64,000 nt of DNA from a virus: the IMG/VR virus record IMGVR_UViG_3300020050_010026, positions 3,980-67,979 of that record. One strand, given 5' to 3'. Both the position numbers and the translations under genes were made by a program. A model generated the notes under the pieces. The model was given only the letters and a program-made list of their open reading frames with translations, did not search any database and was not told the DNA's origin. This document shows, in pieces, positions 59,914 through 64,000 of the stretch; position 1 is the first letter of the stretch, and every line of letters begins with the position of its first letter.

Positions 59914-60577
59914 AATGTTGTTAGTTTTAGTTTGTTATTGATATAATAAAAGAAATAGGTATTGTTTTTTCAAACTTTTTATCATCAAAAATAACATTTA
60001 CAGTATTAGTTTTATTGCAAAATGATATTTTATCTATTTTTGATATTATACCAGAATTATTCCATTCATCTTTATATTTTAATATCATAATTAGTTAAGT
60101 TTTAAACAGTTATTTAAATCAATAGTATTCCAAATATGTACATAAGTAAATTCACCATTTGGAAACCATAGTCTAAGATATTGAGGATTGCTCATAATTA
60201 AAATATTAAAAATAATGTTTCAATTATTACAATACAAATTAAAAATCTAATAGACATGTTAGCATTTTGTAATTGTATTTCTAATGGTAATTTTTTGTAT
60301 TCTGAATTTTTCATAATAGTTAATTGTTAGTTAATAATTTTTTAATGTTCAATAATAAAAAATAAGGGTCTAGATGTAAAAGACGGATTCAATATCTCTA
60401 ACATTTACGAAGACCCTTATTTTCGTTCTATTTAAGTGAGTGGCGTACTGCTCACAAATTTCTATTATATCATATAGACGGAGTGACTACGGGTTAATTT
60501 GTAAACAAATCGTTCCGACTGATGACCGTAACTGATAATATAATTTCATTCTCTGCCATTTTAGAGATTAAATATAG

Positions 60578-60650
60578 GGTGATAGGTGAGGGTCGAACTC
60601 ACATTTTTCTGAACCACAATCAGAGGCTTTACCCTTAAGCTACAATCACC
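60578..60650 (-). tRNA. tRNA-His (anticodon GTG) with 5' G-1
   Basis: Minus strand: g-GTGATTG-TA-GCTT-AAGGGTA-AAGC-C-TCTGA-TTGTGGT-TCAGA-AAAAT-GTGAG-TTCGACC-CTCAC-CTATCAC-C. All four stems pair. Anticodon loop is U-U-GUG-G-U. Extra 5' G opposite the C73 discriminator (His identity). Confidence 0.8.
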
Positions 60651-60680
60651 ATGTAAAAATATAAAAGAATTATATTTTTG

Positions 60681-60752
60681 TATTTCCAGAGAGAATTGAA
60701 CTCTCGTTTTTAGGTTGAAAACCTAATGTCCTAACCACTAGACGATGGGAAC
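60681..60752 (-). tRNA. tRNA-Glu (anticodon TTC)
   Basis: Minus strand: GTTCCCA-TC-GTCT-AGTGGTTAGG-ACAT-TTAGG-TTTTCAA-CCTAA-AAAC-GAGAG-TTCAATT-CTCTC-TGGAAAT-A. Resembles the bacterial tRNA-Glu D-arm (TCGTCTAGTGGTTAGGAC). One acceptor mismatch. Confidence 0.7.
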
Positions 60753-60811
60753 GGTTTCTGTATGCTTTACGTAAAGCTATGGTAGTACAGACACTATTAT
60801 TCCATTATTCT

Positions 60812-60938
60812 GTGGAGGTGCCGGCATCGAAACCGGGTCCATAAACAATTTCAATACAATAATATATTACAGCTTAGTTATAGATTTACGTGTTTAACTA
60901 CACATAGGTCAACTGATTAATCAGAATGACTCCACCAC
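60812..60938 (-). other. tRNA-like / hairpin-rich element (about 125 nt) of uncertain nature
   Basis: 3' part CCGG-TTTCGAT-GCCGG-CACCTCC-A resembles a T-arm plus acceptor. The 5' part GGAGTC…CTGATTAATCAG… forms a long imperfect palindrome. No canonical cloverleaf found. Confidence 0.25.
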
Positions 60939-61956
60939 TTCATTTAATCTAATGAAGAAATCTTAAAACAACTTAAAATTAAGCAGCAATTAATTCTTGT
61001 TTCCAAGAAAAATCACCACATATCACATCATTATTTAAAATGTTGTGAACTACTTCCATATTTGCTCTAACTTGAGCGTTTGTATTCTTGTCATTTATTA
61101 ATTCACCTTAGTTTACAGTTATCTCTCTGGCTGATTATTATATTTACTACTATCTATGTCAAATCCTGTCACCCCCTTAAAATAATCTCATTTTGATAGA
61201 ATGTGATTAGTATAACTATTTTCAATATCTTTATATAAATGATGTCACGAGAAACGTGCTTCTCTTACCCTATAGCGTACTAGGAGCATTTATAAAGGTA
61301 TTAAATGTTTAACCTATTTGAGAGTTTTATCATTGCAACTCACAAGTGTTTTCTTTTCTTCAGAAACCAATAGCACCCATTTAACATTGGGTACACCATG
61401 TTTTTATAAAATCACTTGTCCAAATTCTAGTGGAATGGTTACTATGTTGACGTACTTACAACACATGAACATCTTTACAATAAACACAACTGCTAGTACA
61501 GTTTATAATTTGGTGTGCGTACCTAATTCTCCACCTTCATTATTATTTATCTTCAAGCAAGTGATTATATTAAAAACATTGAAAAATACTAGGATTACTC
61601 CTTGGGTTTGCAATGGGTCGAACCCATACTACACACCTCAATCTTCTGTCAATTCAGAAGTAGTATCTTTTTATAAATTATACACCCTATGCGTGCATCA
61701 CATCTTTTTAGCACTTAATGTAGGTAAAATCTTATTATACATTATTCTTATGATTTATAAAATTCAATGTTTAACTTTTAATTTAATTTTGTTTATTACA
61801 ATCTTTACAATTTAAAAATTCTTTTTCATTTCCATGAATGATTTTATTAGTATTACAAAACCATTTCTTTTCATACGGAATAAATATTTCTTTAAAATCT
61901 TTATATTTATACAAACATACAAAAAACAATATCACGCAACTAAAAGGAACAAAACA

Positions 61957-62229
61957 ATGTTAAAAGCAACTGTAAAAACAAACAAAACTGAAACAATTAA
62001 AGGCACTGCAAAATCTGGAAAAGAATATTCCTTGATTGTTCAAAATGAAATTTATGTCACAAATGGGGAGGAACGGTTTCAATTGCCTATTACCCTTGAC
62101 GATAATCAGTCGCCGTATGAGCCTGGCGAATATCAATTTAGTGTTGAAGAAATGATACAAAAAGGTCGTTTCGGCCTAGAGGTAAAGCCATTTTTTCAGC
62201 CAAAATTAATAAAAATTCTAAAGCTTTAA
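61957..62229 (+). CDS. Filamentous-phage gene V-like ssDNA-binding protein (g5p)
   Basis: MLKATVKTNKTETIKGTAKSGKEYSLIVQNEIYVTNGEERFQLPITLDDNQSPYEPGEYQFSVEEMIQKGRFGLEVK aligns along its length with M13 gVp (…RQGKPYSLNEQLCYVDLGNEYPVLVKITLDEGQPAYAPGLYTVHLSSFKVGQFGSL…). AGGAA RBS 8 nt upstream. Confidence 0.7.
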   Translation: MLKATVKTNKTETIKGTAKSGKEYSLIVQNEIYVTNGEERFQLPITLDDNQSPYEPGEYQFSVEEMIQKGRFGLEVKPFFQPKLIKILKL

Positions 62230-62336
62230 CTTTGGAATGTATGAATTCCGAACTTCCGGAATACAAGCTTTTCTCGATTATTGCTTGAACAAAAAAAATC
62301 GAATTTCACTTAACTTTTAATTTTATAGGCAATCAA

Positions 62337-62534
62337 ATGAAAAACTTTTTAAAAAATGGTGGTTTAGTCCTTGTCGGTTCAACTGTAGCAATTCCTGCTT
62401 TTGCCGCTGTTCCTGCTTCTGTTACCACTGCACTTGGTGATATGAGCACTGACTCCATTACTATTGCGTCTTTGTCTTTTGTTGTTTTTATTGGTATTTT
62501 GGCTTTTACTTATTATCGTAGAGCTGCCAAGTAA
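62337..62534 (+). CDS. Inovirus major coat protein (g8p-like)
   Basis: 65 aa: signal peptide (…AIPAFA|A), short acidic segment, hydrophobic helix (IASLSFVVFIGILAF), basic C-terminus (YYRRAAK). Followed by a strong terminator, as for M13 gene VIII. Confidence 0.6.
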   Translation: MKNFLKNGGLVLVGSTVAIPAFAAVPASVTTALGDMSTDSITIASLSFVVFIGILAFTYYRRAAK

Positions 62535-62535
62535 A

Positions 62536-62568
62536 TACTAAGGGGGTGCAAGCCCCCTTTTTTTTTTC
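62536..62568 (+). terminator. Rho-independent terminator after the coat gene
   Basis: aagggggtgcaagccccctt hairpin followed by a T10 run. Confidence 0.8.
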
Positions 62569-62596
62569 TTATCAAAAAAAATTAAAGGTGATAAGC

Positions 62597-62962
62597 ATGG
62601 CTTGGTCATATAACGGATATTGCTACCCAACTCTTGAAAACATAGGTGACATTGTTAAATCAACTGACACTTATGTTTTATCTAATGGCTGGTCTTTTCC
62701 TTCTTCCTATACAGTGCAAGCTGGTACTGGTACGATCACTTATACTCTTTTGTATAAAGCTGGTGGTGCGACTACTGTTATGGGTTCTGTTCCTGGTGGT
62801 TCTTTTTCCCGTAATTATTCACCATGCACAAATGTTGGTTATTTAACGAATTATTCAGGTCTCGAGCTTACGGATGCTGTTTCAGTTTCTTGGATGGTTG
62901 TTCTTGTATGGGTTACTGCTTACACTTTTAAAATGTGGCGACAAGCTGCAAGAGGTTATTAA
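62597..62962 (+). CDS. hypothetical virion/minor coat protein candidate (122 aa)
   Basis: ATG at 62597 with AAAGGTG RBS. Ends with a hydrophobic helix (WMVVLVWVTAYTF). The ORF-track entry 62546-62962 is the same frame with an upstream extension. Confidence 0.4.
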   Translation: MAWSYNGYCYPTLENIGDIVKSTDTYVLSNGWSFPSSYTVQAGTGTITYTLLYKAGGATTVMGSVPGGSFSRNYSPCTNVGYLTNYSGLELTDAVSVSWMVVLVWVTAYTFKMWRQAARGY

Positions 62963-63036
62963 TGACTCCTGATTTTTATTTAATAGCTGTTTACATGGCA
63001 ATAACAGGTGCGGCATGGATTATATTCAACGGATAA
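62962..63036 (+). CDS. small hydrophobic virion protein (24 aa; g7p/g9p-like)
   Basis: MTPDFYLIAVYMAITGAAWIIFNG. ATG overlaps the upstream stop (TAATG). Overlaps the start of the g3p-like gene, as gVII/gIX do in Ff phages. Confidence 0.3.
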   Translation: MTPDFYLIAVYMAITGAAWIIFNG

Positions 63037-64000
63037 TACTTTTATTATTAATAACACCGGTTTCTTATGCCGCTGTTATGGATACATCTGGAAAATGGGT
63101 TGTTAAGCCTATTGGCGGAACTATGACAGTTAACCCAAGGGATATAAAAATCATTCCAACAATGGAATCAATGATTAATGATGCCTTCAGGAATTACAAT
63201 CCTGTTTCTCAAACGGCTCCGACATACCAAGCTTATAACGCCGGTGCGCAACCGGCTGCATCTGCTTCATCAAGAATGCATATACCTGTATCTGGCAAAT
63301 CAATTCCTGTTGATGTAAAGGGAATATTCAACAAAAGTAACATGGCGGCTGCCGCTCGTTTTGGTATGCGTGCATTACCTTATGCTTTTGCTGCTGGAGC
63401 AATATATGATTGGTTCACAAACTCTGGTTTTTCCGGTTCTGGTGATTCCATTAATAAAACCACTCCAGTTTATTCAAACTGTGAATATGCCGGTGCATAT
63501 ACTTCTTATGAAAGTTGTTTACAAACAATTGGCACAACTATAGGTTATTGTGAAAAGCCAACACCCGACTATTATGCTTGGTTTAGATACCAATGCGGCT
63601 CGGTAACTCAGTCATCAATTCCTGCAACTGATACCGATATTGAGCAAGGTTTGAATAATACTTCTTATGATCCTGTAGCCTCTATCCAGGATCTGACAAG
63701 TAAAGGTGTTATTCCTCAACCATCAGACCACCAGTTCACTTACCCACAATCAACCTCAGTTGGTGGGTCAACATCAACATTACCTGATGGTACTGTTCAA
63801 AATCAGGACACAACAATTAAGATTTCTGAAACTCCAACAACGGTAAATGGTACACCAACAAAAGAACTAACTATTATCAAAGAAACTGTAACTACAATAA
63901 CTAACACTAACAATACAACATCAACTACAACAACTGTAACTGCGCCTGATGTCCAACAGGATACGCAAGAACAGAAAACAGATTGTGACAAATACCCTCA
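63015..64000 (+). CDS. Inovirus adsorption/minor coat protein (g3p-like), 5' partial; continues beyond the window
   Basis: Open frame from ATG 63015 to the window end. Signal peptide MDYIQRIILLLLITPVSYA|A. Cys-containing N-domain. Thr/Asn-rich low-complexity linker (TTITNTNNTTSTTTTVTAPD). Confidence 0.5.
   Translation, partial: MDYIQRIILLLLITPVSYAAVMDTSGKWVVKPIGGTMTVNPRDIKIIPTMESMINDAFRNYNPVSQTAPTYQAYNAGAQPAASASSRMHIPVSGKSIPVDVKGIFNKSNMAAAARFGMRALPYAFAAGAIYDWFTNSGFSGSGDSINKTTPVYSNCEYAGAYTSYESCLQTIGTTIGYCEKPTPDYYAWFRYQCGSVTQSSIPATDTDIEQGLNNTSYDPVASIQDLTSKGVIPQPSDHQFTYPQSTSVGGSTSTLPDGTVQNQDTTIKISETPTTVNGTPTKELTIIKETVTTITNTNNTTSTTTTVTAPDVQQDTQEQKTDCDKYP

Noticed and set aside
60340-60420. Long inverted repeat aataagggtc…gacccttatt (10-bp arms, about 40-nt spacer)
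   Set aside because: The loop is too large for an intrinsic terminator and there is no adjacent T-run on the coding strand. Kept only as part of the structured tRNA-cluster region.
61318-61815. 165-aa plus-strand ORF in the non-coding region before the inovirus module
   Set aside because: The translation is compositionally odd (…SVFFSSETNSTHLTLGTPCFYKITCP…), has no RBS or start context, and spans a region that looks like intergenic/tRNA-like DNA.
1-64000. CRISPR arrays, rRNA genes, integrase/att core pairs
   Set aside because: No direct-repeat/spacer periodicity and no rRNA-like conserved blocks. No tyrosine/serine recombinase motifs were found in any ORF. The tRNA-like fragment near 61.6 kb is only a tentative att candidate.

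Overview
AT-rich (about 27% GC) double-stranded DNA phage segment with crAss-like architecture, ending in an unrelated filamentous-phage (Inovirus-like) module.

Left block (1-21.4 kb, + strand): the tail end of one structural gene plus three contiguous giant ORFs (2199, 2603 and 2254 aa). These look like the virion 'cargo/ejection' proteins of crAss-like podoviruses. The middle one carries a DxDxD (DYDID) motif expected for a crAss-like virion RNA polymerase (recalled from the phi14:2 gp66 description, not aligned). The third has two zincin HExxH motifs and C-terminal transmembrane helices. A strong bidirectional intrinsic terminator at 21.36-21.41 kb separates this block from the convergent minus-strand block.

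Minus-strand block (21.4-60 kb), replication and nucleotide metabolism: ThyX, a metallophosphoesterase, a MazG-like protein, dUTPase, ribonucleotide reductase, an SF2 helicase, a DnaG-like primase, an SSB-like protein, a P-loop ATPase, a PD-(D/E)xK nuclease, and a phi29-type (protein-primed-like) family-B DNA polymerase. The DnaB/gp4-like helicase in this block is interrupted twice (second mobile-element entry below).

Three things in this block stand out.
- A dense gamma-glutamyl/amidoligase toolkit at 31.0-38.6 kb: two glutamine-synthetase-fold amidoligase-like proteins, a class-II (Ntn) glutamine amidotransferase fusion, two class-I C26 gamma-glutamyl hydrolase-type amidotransferases, an ATP-grasp ligase and a GGCT/AIG2 gamma-glutamyl cyclotransferase-like protein. 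A second GGCT-like paralog sits at 47.5 kb and two GNAT-like paralogs at 39.8 and 58.9 kb. I read this as a candidate DNA-hypermodification or metabolite-tagging system.
- Mobile elements: a GIY-YIG/NUMOD3 homing endonuclease, and a plus-strand HNH endonuclease embedded among minus-strand genes. The DnaB/gp4-like helicase gene is interrupted twice. One interruption is a well-supported 0.98-kb group I intron carrying a LAGLIDADG endonuclease. The other is a 2.5-kb interval that splits the Walker A motif exactly between G-K and T; it holds four ORFs (two of them paralogs) and a second, homologous group I core.
- tRNAs: tRNA-His(GTG) and tRNA-Glu(TTC) fold cleanly; three or four further tRNA-like elements have atypical bodies.

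Right end (61.9-64.0 kb, + strand, higher GC): a filamentous-phage structural module.
- a gene V-like ssDNA-binding protein;
- a g8p-like major coat protein followed by an M13-style terminator;
- small hydrophobic virion proteins;
- a g3p-like adsorption protein truncated at the window edge.
About 0.8 kb of non-coding, tRNA-like sequence lies between the two modules. This could be a chimeric assembly or an integration junction.

No CRISPR array, no rRNA, and no evidence of stop-codon recoding were seen.
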